Positions 18,982-28,877 of a DNA stretch of 64,000 bases are shown here, one piece after another; the first letter of the stretch is position 1; each line of letters starts with the position of its first letter. The stretch spans positions 110,900-174,899 of the forward strand of contig CAJARJ010000021.1 in NCBI GenBank assembly GCA_903944345.1, given 5' to 3'. The translations under genes were made by a program, and so were the position numbers. The stretch is from Candidatus Omnitrophota bacterium. GTDB lineage: Bacteria; Omnitrophota; Gorgyraeia; Zapsychrales; Fredricksoniimonadaceae. The notes below the pieces were generated by a model that saw only the letters and a list, made by a program, of their open reading frames with translations, did no database searches and had not been told where the DNA came from.

Positions 18982-21579
18982 TTATTTAAAAAAGCTGGCC
19001 ACTGAAATCTCCGCTGGACTGATGGCACGAATCAAAGGTGTAAGTCCTTTTTCTAATATAGTTTGCATGCTTTTTGAGAGGGGGCTGTTTTGCGTGTCCT
19101 GATTGGTTTCGATAGATATGTCCAGGGAGGAAGGGTCAAGGTCAATACCGCCAGGCGTTTGGGGGGCTTGGGAGCGGTCAATCATAAGCGGGATCGATTC
19201 CTCCTGGAAAGCAGTGGCATCTTTTCCGTCCAACTCGCGGAGATAGTCGCGCAAATTATTGTCGATGGTGGCCACTCCGTCAGTAAGTTTGGTTTGTCCT
19301 TTAGGCCAGCAAACAACAATATACCACCCTTGTTCCGGGATGAGCCGCGCATAGAAAGCGTAGTTGTTCGCCAAGGTCAGATGATAAAAGCCTTCGTGCA
19401 GGTTGTTCTCGGGGTCATTATAAAACTTAATCAATGTTTTGATGATGTTTTCGAGCATGTTCGGTTGTACGGAAACCCAGGTTTTTCTTTTTATAAGGAA
19501 AACAGGCAGATCAGCGGCTACTATTTGTGTCTGCGTTTTTTGTTTGGCTCTAAAGGAGCTGGGGGAAATGTGTATGTTCCTGAGTAACTCGATGATTCGG
19601 GGAAGAGGGATAATCAGATTATCCGATAGTTCGGCCGACATGGAATCAAAATCATTCCAGAGGCCGTTCTGGATTTTTTTCAGCAAAGATTCTTCGGAGA
19701 ATGCGTTTGAGAAGTCGCCTTCTTCTTCCTTGCGGATGACATGCTCGTCGCGGATTTCAAGAAAAAGTTTCGCCCGATTTTCGGGGGTCAGATTTTCTTG
19801 TGGATTAGGATGCTGCGCCAGCAGAGGCCGTAGAATGCTTGTGATCCGTTTGAACCGTTCGTCTACAGAATATTGATGCATGCCGCCCGCGGCAAGGGCC
19901 GCTTTCAGATCCGGATCGGTTTCTTCTTTCAGTTCCCTGAAAAGACGTTGAGAAGATTTGGGATACGCTTTGTCGTCCAGTCGCCAATAAGCCCGGAGCA
20001 GTGCCAGATCCTCTTTATCCAGCGTCAATTGACCGGCAAACATTGGCAGGGCCGTTTCAGGTCCGTCAGCGTTGATGATCGGTAAAAGTGATCTGAGATA
20101 GATGTCGCGCAGAACGTAGAGAGGGATCTCCGCGGGGAATTTCGTGATGCCGGCGGTCTGTTCGAGCGATTTTGTAAAGGTACCGGCCTGTTTTTTGGAG
20201 AGCACTATCGGGACGCTGTCTATTTCAGTACGAATGGCATCGTAAGCAGAAATACTCCCGTCGGACTCAAGCGGGGCATCGTTCAGAAGATCGCGCAAAG
20301 CGGCAATATGATTGTTGATTTGCAGGAGGAAGACGGATATGTCCGGACTTTTTTTGAGCCAGGGGGTCATGTTGTTGCGTATGGCCGACAAAAGTGTGTT
20401 GAACGTATTGGGTGCGACAGGTTTTGTGCGTGATCCATTTGTGTTTTTCCTGGTGGCCGGAGGCTGGGATGCATCCTTGACCGGTTCCAGGATGACGGCT
20501 GCCCGTCGATATTTTCTTTCGGGTACTTCTGCCAGGTCTATCAGGATCGGGTCCGGCATTTGCAGCTGCAGACCTCCCGAGGTGTATTTGCGGACAATCA
20601 TGTCTCCTGTAAGCGGATCCTGGTCTTCCTTGATAAACGAGTAAGCTCCTTGCCGAAAGGCCTCCATGTACTGTTCCCACAGGCGCTGAGGGGTTCGGCT
20701 ATCCGTACTAGCCACTCCCCGGATTTTATTCTGGTCAGCGTATGCTTTGGTTAGAAAGGCCGAGCGGAGTTTGTGTTTAAACCAGGAGGCCAGAACAAGG
20801 CTGGATGAAATTGAGCGCAGTGGCGCGAAACGGGCATCGTTATTGACTTGCTCCTCGAGATACGGCAACAGGATTTCGCGTAAAAGTCCTTCTGCCAGGG
20901 CATCCCGCCGGGTTTGCCGTTCCTGGTCGCCAAGAGAAACCCTTGGAATATCCGGATCGGTTTTAAGGAGAACTTTCAGGCGCACAGCCGATACAAAAAC
21001 GCCGTTGCGGCTGTTTTCGTGCAGCCGAACCTGGTCAAGTGTAATCCATGCCTTGTGAACCAGATTGACGGGCATGTCAGCGGTTTCTCCCTGTTCGCTG
21101 GCCAGGGTATAAAAGCGTTTCCAGAAAAGATCTCCGACCGGATGCCCGGGCGCCAGTGCCAGGGAAACCTCCTGTTTCAGGGCCTGGTCTTGTTCAAGCA
21201 TGTCCCGTCCCATGATGGTTTCTCCCAGCGATGGAGGAATAATACGGTCTTGTTCGTTGGGGGAAAGGTTGACCCAGAGCTCTTTTTCAGGAACGGTCAG
21301 GGCGGTCAGAAAATATTTGACCAGCCGGGTGGTTTCGTTTTTAAGTGTTAAAGAAGGCATATGGGTATTGTCTTCCAGAAGGAAATCCAGCCGGAGTGGA
21401 TGTTCAGGGGCGATTTTTATTCCACATAGTCGAAGAGGGGTGTTGAGTGCTGGCAAGGCTACCGGCTCCGGAGATAATGCGGCGCTAAGAGAGGGCAGAG
21501 GAATCCCGCCAAGCGGTAGAAATAAAGCCAGAAATACACAAAGAAATAAACGAATCGGGGAATATAAGAAATATTTCAT
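18982..21579 (-). CDS. large secreted protein of unknown function (paralogue A, 865 aa)
   Basis: Signal peptide. A ~330 aa N-terminal region is clearly homologous to that of 21687..24347 (YFLTALTVPEKELWVNLSPNE; AVWFKHKLRSAFLTKAYADQNKIRGV). The C-terminus has no recognisable domain. Confidence 0.6.
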   Translation of the reverse strand: MKYFLYSPIRLFLCVFLALFLPLGGIPLPSLSAALSPEPVALPALNTPLRLCGIKIAPEHPLRLDFLLEDNTHMPSLTLKNETTRLVKYFLTALTVPEKELWVNLSPNEQDRIIPPSLGETIMGRDMLEQDQALKQEVSLALAPGHPVGDLFWKRFYTLASEQGETADMPVNLVHKAWITLDQVRLHENSRNGVFVSAVRLKVLLKTDPDIPRVSLGDQERQTRRDALAEGLLREILLPYLEEQVNNDARFAPLRSISSSLVLASWFKHKLRSAFLTKAYADQNKIRGVASTDSRTPQRLWEQYMEAFRQGAYSFIKEDQDPLTGDMIVRKYTSGGLQLQMPDPILIDLAEVPERKYRRAAVILEPVKDASQPPATRKNTNGSRTKPVAPNTFNTLLSAIRNNMTPWLKKSPDISVFLLQINNHIAALRDLLNDAPLESDGSISAYDAIRTEIDSVPIVLSKKQAGTFTKSLEQTAGITKFPAEIPLYVLRDIYLRSLLPIINADGPETALPMFAGQLTLDKEDLALLRAYWRLDDKAYPKSSQRLFRELKEETDPDLKAALAAGGMHQYSVDERFKRITSILRPLLAQHPNPQENLTPENRAKLFLEIRDEHVIRKEEEGDFSNAFSEESLLKKIQNGLWNDFDSMSAELSDNLIIPLPRIIELLRNIHISPSSFRAKQKTQTQIVAADLPVFLIKRKTWVSVQPNMLENIIKTLIKFYNDPENNLHEGFYHLTLANNYAFYARLIPEQGWYIVVCWPKGQTKLTDGVATIDNNLRDYLRELDGKDATAFQEESIPLMIDRSQAPQTPGGIDLDPSSLDISIETNQDTQNSPLSKSMQTILEKGLTPLIRAISPAEISVASFFK

Positions 21580-21686
21580 TATTTAAATATAGCATCTCGC
21601 GAGAGCTTAAAACAAGGAGGGATTAGGGGGGCCGGGTTGTTTTTGAATGAAGAATAGGTTTATACTTGTAACGTCTTGTTCACATT

Positions 21687-24347
21687 ATGGAAAAATATTT
21701 CAGGTCAGGCATGCAAAAATTGTTGGTTTGTATAGTTTTGAGTGTGTACTGTTCGGGGCTATTTTCGCCTGTGAGCGTGGCCGCGGTCGCTTTGCCTCCC
21801 GCAGGCGTTCCGGTACGCGGCAGCGAGCTTTTTGTTCCGGCTCTGCTGAAAGGTGTTCGTTTCTTTGCGGATGAGCCCTTTAGGCTGGAATTTTTTGTTG
21901 ATGCGGGTGATGGAATTGACAATGACGCTTTGCTTGAAGCTGAAACAGACAGGCTGATTAAATATTTTTTGGCCGCCTTGACTCTTCCTGAGCGGGATGT
22001 GTGGGTGAATCTTTCGCCTTATGAGAGCGAAAGGATTGTACCGGAGGCTTTGGGGAGGACTCAGCTGGGACAGGATCTTTTAGCCCAGGATTATGTCCTT
22101 AAACAATTGAGTGCTTCTTTAGTACATCCTGACGAAGAGGGCGGAAAGCATTTCTGGCGCGAGGTTTATCGAGCGGCGAGAGAGTTGTACGGAACCAGCG
22201 ATATTCCGGTGGATACCTTTAACAAGGTCTGGGTTGTTCCGGCCACGGCTGGGGTTTATGCCACAGAGGGTGGGGTCTTTATTGTAGATTCTTCGCTCAA
22301 GGTGCTGGGAGAGGAAGATTATCTGGCGCTGAGTCAGGCCGGACAGGCTTTCGGAGATGACCTTCAGAAACAGCTTTCATTGTTGTCCGGTCAGGCTTTG
22401 CGGACGGCGATTTTACCGCTTTTGGGGCAAGAGGTGAATCACGGTCGTGATTTTGCGCCGTTACGTCAGATTTACAGTGCCGTTATTCTTGCGGTCTGGT
22501 TCCGTCGACATTTGCGCGATACAATTCTTGGCCGGGCATACGCCGACCGGGGACTGGTGCGCGGAATTGAGGCGGAGGATGCTGATATGAAAGAAAAGAT
22601 TTATCAACAATATCTGGCCGCTTTCCGCAAGGGTGTCTTTGACTTTGTGCGGGAGGAGATCGATACCGACGGCACACTTCTGCCCAGAAAATATTTTTCC
22701 GGGGGAGCGGAGTTTGGGCAGGTGTCGCTGGAGGACAGGTCGCAGTCGGCATTTGAGTTGGTCGGCGGGGCAAGGATTTTCAGGGGGAAGATTTTTCGGG
22801 CTGTAGCCGATCTGGTTAAAACAAAGAGTGAAACACGTTCTCCTGGTGAAATAAAGCCAATTCGGTGGGAGGGCGTAGAGTCGATCCGGGAGCTTGACTA
22901 TAAAGTTTTACGTATGATCGGCAAAGATGTGTTTCGTTTGGGGAGAGCGGAGATAATAAATAAATCCGGACCGCGGAATTCTTTTTATTATCCGATAATA
23001 AATCCTGATACCGGGGAGCCTTATGAAAGACCCGTTGGTTTTAGTGGCGAGTTTTTTACAGACAAGCCTTTAATTGTTGATTTGAACCTGAAACTCAACA
23101 AGTTCGGAACAGACAAAAAGAGTGAGCCTTTGCTGGGCAAACGGTTAGGGAGCTCTTTTCTGCGCCATTTGCTGGCTTTGAGCCATGACATGGTTATTGA
23201 GGGTGGAGTTGAGAATCTTCCGACGAGGAAGGCCTTGGCAGAATCCTGGAAGCGCGGGGAGGTTTCTTCAGAGAATGATTGGCGCCATGTTTTTATCCGT
23301 ACGATTCTTGGAAAGTCTTTCCTGGGTGCGGGAGTAAAGCCGGAAGAGATCTTTATGACTTATTACAGGGACGCTTCTTTCTTGAGAGGGGCTCCGGCTT
23401 TGGAAAGCATGTTGCGGGACTGGGAAATGGGTCTTTTTATTTATCCGGTCGGATTTCATATTGAGAGAGGTGCTGCGCAGGATGCTTTTGATGCTTCCCA
23501 GAAAGAAAGTAGCGGCCGGGATGTGCGGCGATTTTTGCAGCGGCTTGATAATATGACTTTAAGGGAAGTGGACGGGGAGGTTTATCGACTGGGCGAAGTC
23601 CGTATTACGCCATTATCGAGGAAGGAATACAAATTTTCGTACCCCGTGATTGATCCTCGCACCGGCCAGCCCTATGAAGATCCGCTTGGTTTTAGCGGGG
23701 TTATTGAGGCCGGGGCTGCAAAAGTCAAGGATCTTGATCTGCGGCTGCAGGATCAGAATGCCCCGGCAACAGGAAATTTTTTGCTGGGCAAGGGGCTGGG
23801 GAATGTTTTTCAGAGAGAGTTGCTGTCGCTTCATCCGCAGATGGTGATTGAGACCAGTATTGAAAATGTCCCGACAATGGCGGCGATCGATACGGCGATA
23901 GAGCAGGGTCTTATACGTACGGCAGATGATTTGAAACAGGTGTTTCTTTCTTCGGTCCTGGGCAAGAGTGTTCTGGCTTCGGGGGCAAAACCGCACGAAG
24001 TCGTGATGACATACTACGGAATAAGTTATTTCCGGGACGACATTCTTCCTGAAAATCAGCAGGCGGTTGACCAGTTGCTTGCGGATCGTCGTGCCGGAAT
24101 GCAGTTTCGGGTTGGCTACAGGATTGACCGCCGGTTGAGCCATGTGGCATCTGCTGCGGATGCGGTCAAAGGCGGTGTCGATCTTTCTTCGGCGCTCGTA
24201 CCGCTGGATGTCTCGGGGCAGAAAGATTCAGTCCTGAATCAGGCAGAGATGGCAGAACTAACGCAGATCGAGGGTTTGCGTCCGGTTATCTTGCGGATGG
24301 AGAAAGTGGATGATCCGGCGGTTATAACCCGTGCGCTTCGCCTTTGA
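21687..24347 (+). CDS. large secreted protein of unknown function (paralogue B, 886 aa) with a C-terminal tandem repeat
   Basis: Signal peptide. The N-terminal domain is homologous to paralogue A (YFLAALTLPERDVWVNLSPYE; AVWFRRHLRDTILGRAYADRGLVRGI). Two ~215 aa repeats follow (YPIINPDTGEPYERPVGFSG / YPVIDPRTGQPYEDPLGFSG). Confidence 0.6.
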   Translation: MEKYFRSGMQKLLVCIVLSVYCSGLFSPVSVAAVALPPAGVPVRGSELFVPALLKGVRFFADEPFRLEFFVDAGDGIDNDALLEAETDRLIKYFLAALTLPERDVWVNLSPYESERIVPEALGRTQLGQDLLAQDYVLKQLSASLVHPDEEGGKHFWREVYRAARELYGTSDIPVDTFNKVWVVPATAGVYATEGGVFIVDSSLKVLGEEDYLALSQAGQAFGDDLQKQLSLLSGQALRTAILPLLGQEVNHGRDFAPLRQIYSAVILAVWFRRHLRDTILGRAYADRGLVRGIEAEDADMKEKIYQQYLAAFRKGVFDFVREEIDTDGTLLPRKYFSGGAEFGQVSLEDRSQSAFELVGGARIFRGKIFRAVADLVKTKSETRSPGEIKPIRWEGVESIRELDYKVLRMIGKDVFRLGRAEIINKSGPRNSFYYPIINPDTGEPYERPVGFSGEFFTDKPLIVDLNLKLNKFGTDKKSEPLLGKRLGSSFLRHLLALSHDMVIEGGVENLPTRKALAESWKRGEVSSENDWRHVFIRTILGKSFLGAGVKPEEIFMTYYRDASFLRGAPALESMLRDWEMGLFIYPVGFHIERGAAQDAFDASQKESSGRDVRRFLQRLDNMTLREVDGEVYRLGEVRITPLSRKEYKFSYPVIDPRTGQPYEDPLGFSGVIEAGAAKVKDLDLRLQDQNAPATGNFLLGKGLGNVFQRELLSLHPQMVIETSIENVPTMAAIDTAIEQGLIRTADDLKQVFLSSVLGKSVLASGAKPHEVVMTYYGISYFRDDILPENQQAVDQLLADRRAGMQFRVGYRIDRRLSHVASAADAVKGGVDLSSALVPLDVSGQKDSVLNQAEMAELTQIEGLRPVILRMEKVDDPAVITRALRL

Positions 24348-24427
24348 AAAGCGTGCAAGTCACAAGAATAGTTGTCTTATCCGGCAGGGTTTAAATTTTC
24401 CAGCGGATGTGATATTATCTGTCACTT

Positions 24428-26995
24428 ATGGAACCTGCCGTGACCCCTATGCTCAGACAGTATCAGGAGATCAAGTCTTCTCACCAGGACTGTATTCTTT
24501 TCTTTCGTCTGGGCGATTTCTACGAAATGTTTTATGACGATGCACGTACCGCTTCTCGCGTGCTTGAGCTGGTGTTGACCGCGCGCGGATCAGACGGTTC
24601 CGGCAAGGTGCCGATGTGCGGCCTGCCTTTTCATTCGGCTGATAATTACATTGCGAGGCTTGTTCGGGCCGGGCACAAGGTGGCGATTTGCGAGCAGGTC
24701 GAGGATCCCTCCCAGGCCAAAGGCATTGTCCGCCGGGAAGTGGTGCGGATTATTACAGCCGGGACGTTTCTGGATGATGCCGCCGAAGCCCGGTATATTG
24801 TGGCCATTGCTCCGGGTACCGGAAAGACGGGGTTGGCTTTTACTGATACCGCTACCGGAGCCATTGCGGCCAATGAGTTTGCCGGGGTTCACCAGATTCT
24901 TGAAGTTTTGGCCAGAATTCCGGTCTATGAATGTGTGTTTCCCGAATCAAGCGCGCAGCAGGTGCGTGGACTTTTGTCGCATCCCATGCTGAGACTCAAG
25001 GCACCGGTATTCAGTCCCTTTCGCGACTGGGCCTTTGATCCGGGGCGGGCGGGCAAAACCCTCACCGGTCATTTTGACACACACAGCCTGGCGGGTTTTG
25101 GTATTGAGGGGATGCCCCTGGCGCAGGCGGCGGCCGGTGGACTGGTAGAATATTTACGGGAGATGAACAAGGCTCCGCTGAAACATATTGACCATATTTC
25201 GCGTTATGACGATACCGGGTATGTTTTTATTTCTCCGCCGGCTTATCATGGGCTGGAACTCGACTCTCTGGTCAGGAATCTGGATCGCACCGTCAGTGCG
25301 GCAGGTCGCCGGTTGTTTCGTTCCTGGCTCACGCGTCCGCTGAAAGACCCTTGTGCGATACGTTCGCGTCAGGATGCGGTTATTGTGTTGCGGGATTCTC
25401 CCGGGTTAGGAGCGGGATTGGCCCGGGTTCTGGGTGATATGCCTGACTTCGAAAAAGCTCTTTCACGGATCAGTTGCGGAAGCTGGGCTGCACGCGATTT
25501 ACTGGCTGTGCGCCAGGCCTTGTCGTGTGCTCCGCGCCTGCGGGAGGCGCTTGGCGCGGCAACCGTTTCGGATCCTTTGTTGCAGGTCAGTGATCCGGCG
25601 GCTGTGCGCGAAAAACTGGAAGCCGCCATTGATCCGCAGATGCCGCTGGCCAAGAACGAAGGCAAGGTTATTCGTCGGGGCTTTAATACCGAACTTGACG
25701 AACTCAAAGGGCTCGAGGAGAATGGCGTCTCCTGGCTGCAGAGTTACCAGGCCAAGGAAATTCGTCGCAGCGGGATCAATTCGCTTAAAGTCGGTTTTAA
25801 CCGGGTGTTCGGTTACTATATCGAGATCACCAATGCCAATCTGGCTTCGGTTCCTCCCGAGTATACGCGCAAGCAGACGCTGACCAACGGGGAAAGGTTT
25901 ATAACTCCCGAGCTAAAGGAATACGAATATAAAATCCTGACTGCGCAGGACAAGATTCTCAAACTGGAAGCTGAAATTATGTCGGCCCTGGCCAGGGAAT
26001 TGATGGCGCATATTTCAGTTTTGCATGCTTTTGGGCGCGAGGCGGCGGCTATTGATGTTCTGGTTTCCCTGGCCGCACTGGCCGCTCGGCCGCGCTGGGT
26101 TTGTCCCGAATTTGTGTCCGGTCGGGAACTGGTTATTGCCGAGGGGCGGCATCCGGTGGTGGAGGAACTGACTGGCAGCGATTTTGTTCCCAATGATACG
26201 GATCTCGATGGAGAAGCGCGGTGCATGGTTATTCTGACCGGGCCGAACATGGCCGGAAAATCAACCTATATCCGGCAGAACGCAGTTCTGGTCATTATGG
26301 CGCAGATGGGGTCTTTTGTTCCGGCCGCGTCGATGCGGTTGGGCTGTGTGGACAAGATTTTTACCCGCATCGGTGCGCACGACGAGACGGGCAAAGGGCA
26401 GAGCACTTTTATGGTTGAAATGACCGAGGCCGCGGATATTCTTAACAACCTGACTGCTGACAGCCTGGTTATTCTTGACGAAATCGGGCGGGGTACGTCT
26501 ACTTATGACGGCTTGTCTCTGGCCTGGGCGATTGCGGAATTTTTGGCGGACAAAAAAGCCAGGACGTTTTTTGCCACCCATTTTCATGAGTTGACCCTGC
26601 TGGCGGAGCAGCGTCCGGGGGTTTGCAATTATAACGTGCAGGTGCGCGAATGGGAAGACCGGGTCATTTTTATGCATCGCATTGTCCCCGGAGGGGTGGA
26701 CGACAGTTATGGAATTTATGTGGCCAAGCTGGCCGGCATGCCGGCGCCGGTCTTGTCCCGGGCCAAGACCGTGCTGGCTGAGTTCGAGTTTGGTGGCGAT
26801 CTGAAGGAACGTTTGCGTAATCCGCTTTCGTCGGAAGGTGTTGCACCGGTGCAGGGGGATCTTTTCTCCGGTGTGCGCACAGATCCGCGGTTGGAGCTTT
26901 TGCGCGAGCGGTTGCATGCGCTGGATGTTAACCAGCTGACGCCGCTTAAGGCGTTGCAGACGCTGGATGAACTCAAGAATGAATTCGGGAATTGA
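24428..26995 (+). CDS. mutS: DNA mismatch repair protein MutS
   Basis: N-terminal TPMLRQYQEIK...GDFYEMF, Walker A GPNMAGKST, 855 aa. Confidence 0.9.
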   Translation: MEPAVTPMLRQYQEIKSSHQDCILFFRLGDFYEMFYDDARTASRVLELVLTARGSDGSGKVPMCGLPFHSADNYIARLVRAGHKVAICEQVEDPSQAKGIVRREVVRIITAGTFLDDAAEARYIVAIAPGTGKTGLAFTDTATGAIAANEFAGVHQILEVLARIPVYECVFPESSAQQVRGLLSHPMLRLKAPVFSPFRDWAFDPGRAGKTLTGHFDTHSLAGFGIEGMPLAQAAAGGLVEYLREMNKAPLKHIDHISRYDDTGYVFISPPAYHGLELDSLVRNLDRTVSAAGRRLFRSWLTRPLKDPCAIRSRQDAVIVLRDSPGLGAGLARVLGDMPDFEKALSRISCGSWAARDLLAVRQALSCAPRLREALGAATVSDPLLQVSDPAAVREKLEAAIDPQMPLAKNEGKVIRRGFNTELDELKGLEENGVSWLQSYQAKEIRRSGINSLKVGFNRVFGYYIEITNANLASVPPEYTRKQTLTNGERFITPELKEYEYKILTAQDKILKLEAEIMSALARELMAHISVLHAFGREAAAIDVLVSLAALAARPRWVCPEFVSGRELVIAEGRHPVVEELTGSDFVPNDTDLDGEARCMVILTGPNMAGKSTYIRQNAVLVIMAQMGSFVPAASMRLGCVDKIFTRIGAHDETGKGQSTFMVEMTEAADILNNLTADSLVILDEIGRGTSTYDGLSLAWAIAEFLADKKARTFFATHFHELTLLAEQRPGVCNYNVQVREWEDRVIFMHRIVPGGVDDSYGIYVAKLAGMPAPVLSRAKTVLAEFEFGGDLKERLRNPLSSEGVAPVQGDLFSGVRTDPRLELLRERLHALDVNQLTPLKALQTLDELKNEFGN

Positions 26996-27004
26996 AAGGT
27001 CTTT

Positions 27005-28762
27005 ATGTCCAAGGTACATGTTCTTTCTCCTGAGGTAATAGCCCGGATTGCTGCCGGTGAAGTGGTTGATCGTCCGGCGTCGGTGGTCAAGGAGCTGATG
27101 GAAAATTCTCTTGATGCCGGTGCTGAGCGGGTGGATGTCGAGTTGCGCAGTGGAGGCAAGGATCTTATTCTGGTCAGGGATAACGGCTCGGGGGTAGAGC
27201 GTGCCGATCTGGAGTGTCTTTTTGCCCGGCATGCCACCAGCAAGGTCAGGTCTTCCGAGGACCTGGAGACGCTTACATCATTCGGCTTTCGCGGGGAGGC
27301 GTTGTACAGCATCGCTGCTGTTTCCGATGTGCGTATGAGGACGGCCACTGCAGAGTCCTCTGATGCGTGGGAGATTTGCCAGAAAGGTGGCGAGCGTGTT
27401 TCCCTGATGCCGGCGGCACGCACCGGACAGGGGACGGAACTGCGGGTTGAGGATATTTTTTTCAACACTCCGGCCCGCAAGAAGTTTTTGCGGGCGGATT
27501 CTACCGAACTCGATCAGGTCATTCATGCATTTCTGCCGTGCGCGTTGTTTTATTATGGCTGTTCTTTTACACTTACCAATAATGGCCGTGTTTTGTACGA
27601 TCTTAAACCTGCAGCTTCGCGCGCTGACCGGGCCGCGGCAGCGCTTAATCTGGATTTGCCCTATATTCTGGAGGCCGGTGAAGATGTTCCCGGTGACAAT
27701 GTTCGTCTTCAGCTGGTTTTGGGGGATATCAATATCCAACGTCCGCGGAGGGATTTGCAATATGTTTTTGTTAACGGTCGTCCGGTTCAGCACAAGGGTA
27801 TTGCTTTTCAGGTCAATGATGTTTACCGGCTGATCATGCCGCAGGGCGTGCATCCGTTTTTCATGATTTTTTTGGATGTTCCTCCGGAAGATGTTGATGT
27901 GAACATTCATCCCCAGAAGCGCGAGGTGCGTTTGCGGCAGGAAGGCCGCGTTAACAGTATTCTGCGTTCTGCAGTTGAACGGGCGCTCATGGCTAAAAGT
28001 GGCGCGCGGCAGTTTGCTCCGTCACAGGATGAGCCTGTTCTTTTGCCGGCTGATCAGGGCATTTCCGCAGACCGGATTCTTTTTCATTCCCGTCAATCTG
28101 GCGGTTTTTCTGGTGCTCGCGAGAGCCTCGGGATTCCCCGTCCTTTGGCTGTGCCGGAATTTTCCCAGGAGAGGTTGTTTTCTTCTCCACAGGAAGGGCT
28201 CAAGGAACGTCTGGCAAGGGGGCGGCTTATCGGCACATTCATGTGCAAGTACCATCTTTTCGAGGAATCCGATTCTTTGTTTCTTGTGGATCAGCATGCG
28301 GCCCAGGAGCGTATTATTTTTGAGCGTATAATGAGCCAGGTTAATTCGGGCCGGGTTGAAGTCCAGCGCCTGCTGGCACCACTGGCGGTGAGGTTGACCG
28401 CCGTGGAAATGCTGGCCTGGGAGAGGTTGCACGGACTGCTTGATCAACTGGGTTTTGAGACTGCTCTTATAGGAAAAGATGCGGTAGCAGTTTCATCGCA
28501 TCCGCTGTTGCTGTCCGCGCCGGAGAATGTGTTGCGTCAGCTTCTCGCTGACGAGGGGCAGTTGAAGGCGGATACAGAGTCTGTGGCCCGGCGAGCCTGT
28601 CGGGCATCGGTCATGAGCGGAGATCGTATGCAGGCTGTTGCCGCGGAGAATCAACTCAGGGAGCTTCTGGCCTGTGCGGATTCCATGACTTGTCCGCATG
28701 GTCGTCCGGTTTTTATTGAGATGAAAGCCGACATGCTTGACCGGCAGTTTTTTCGTCTTTAG
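27005..28762 (+). CDS. mutL: DNA mismatch repair protein MutL
   Basis: GHKL ATPase motifs (VVKELMENSLDAGA, DNGSG), C-terminal dimerisation domain, 585 aa. Confidence 0.9.
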   Translation: MSKVHVLSPEVIARIAAGEVVDRPASVVKELMENSLDAGAERVDVELRSGGKDLILVRDNGSGVERADLECLFARHATSKVRSSEDLETLTSFGFRGEALYSIAAVSDVRMRTATAESSDAWEICQKGGERVSLMPAARTGQGTELRVEDIFFNTPARKKFLRADSTELDQVIHAFLPCALFYYGCSFTLTNNGRVLYDLKPAASRADRAAAALNLDLPYILEAGEDVPGDNVRLQLVLGDINIQRPRRDLQYVFVNGRPVQHKGIAFQVNDVYRLIMPQGVHPFFMIFLDVPPEDVDVNIHPQKREVRLRQEGRVNSILRSAVERALMAKSGARQFAPSQDEPVLLPADQGISADRILFHSRQSGGFSGARESLGIPRPLAVPEFSQERLFSSPQEGLKERLARGRLIGTFMCKYHLFEESDSLFLVDQHAAQERIIFERIMSQVNSGRVEVQRLLAPLAVRLTAVEMLAWERLHGLLDQLGFETALIGKDAVAVSSHPLLLSAPENVLRQLLADEGQLKADTESVARRACRASVMSGDRMQAVAAENQLRELLACADSMTCPHGRPVFIEMKADMLDRQFFRL

Positions 28763-28877
28763 GCAGGGAAAGCGCTATTTACGCTTGACGCTCGGCTTCA
28801 AATCAATGACAATACTTTGTTCCAGGCGGTTGTGTCGATTCTCCGTCAAAGGTTTCTATGATTCGGATAATTTCTTC

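Noticed and set aside
18833-19102. 89 aa + strand ORF spanning the AT-rich gap between the secreted-protein genes
   Set aside because: It falls in a ~35% GC intergenic region with promoter-like character and runs antisense into the 3' end of the 865 aa gene. No RBS.
26261-27910. Antisense ORFs of 323, 254 and 210 aa across the mutS/mutL junction
   Set aside because: They lie opposite highly conserved mutS/mutL coding sequence and have arginine/serine-rich composition characteristic of reverse-frame artefacts.
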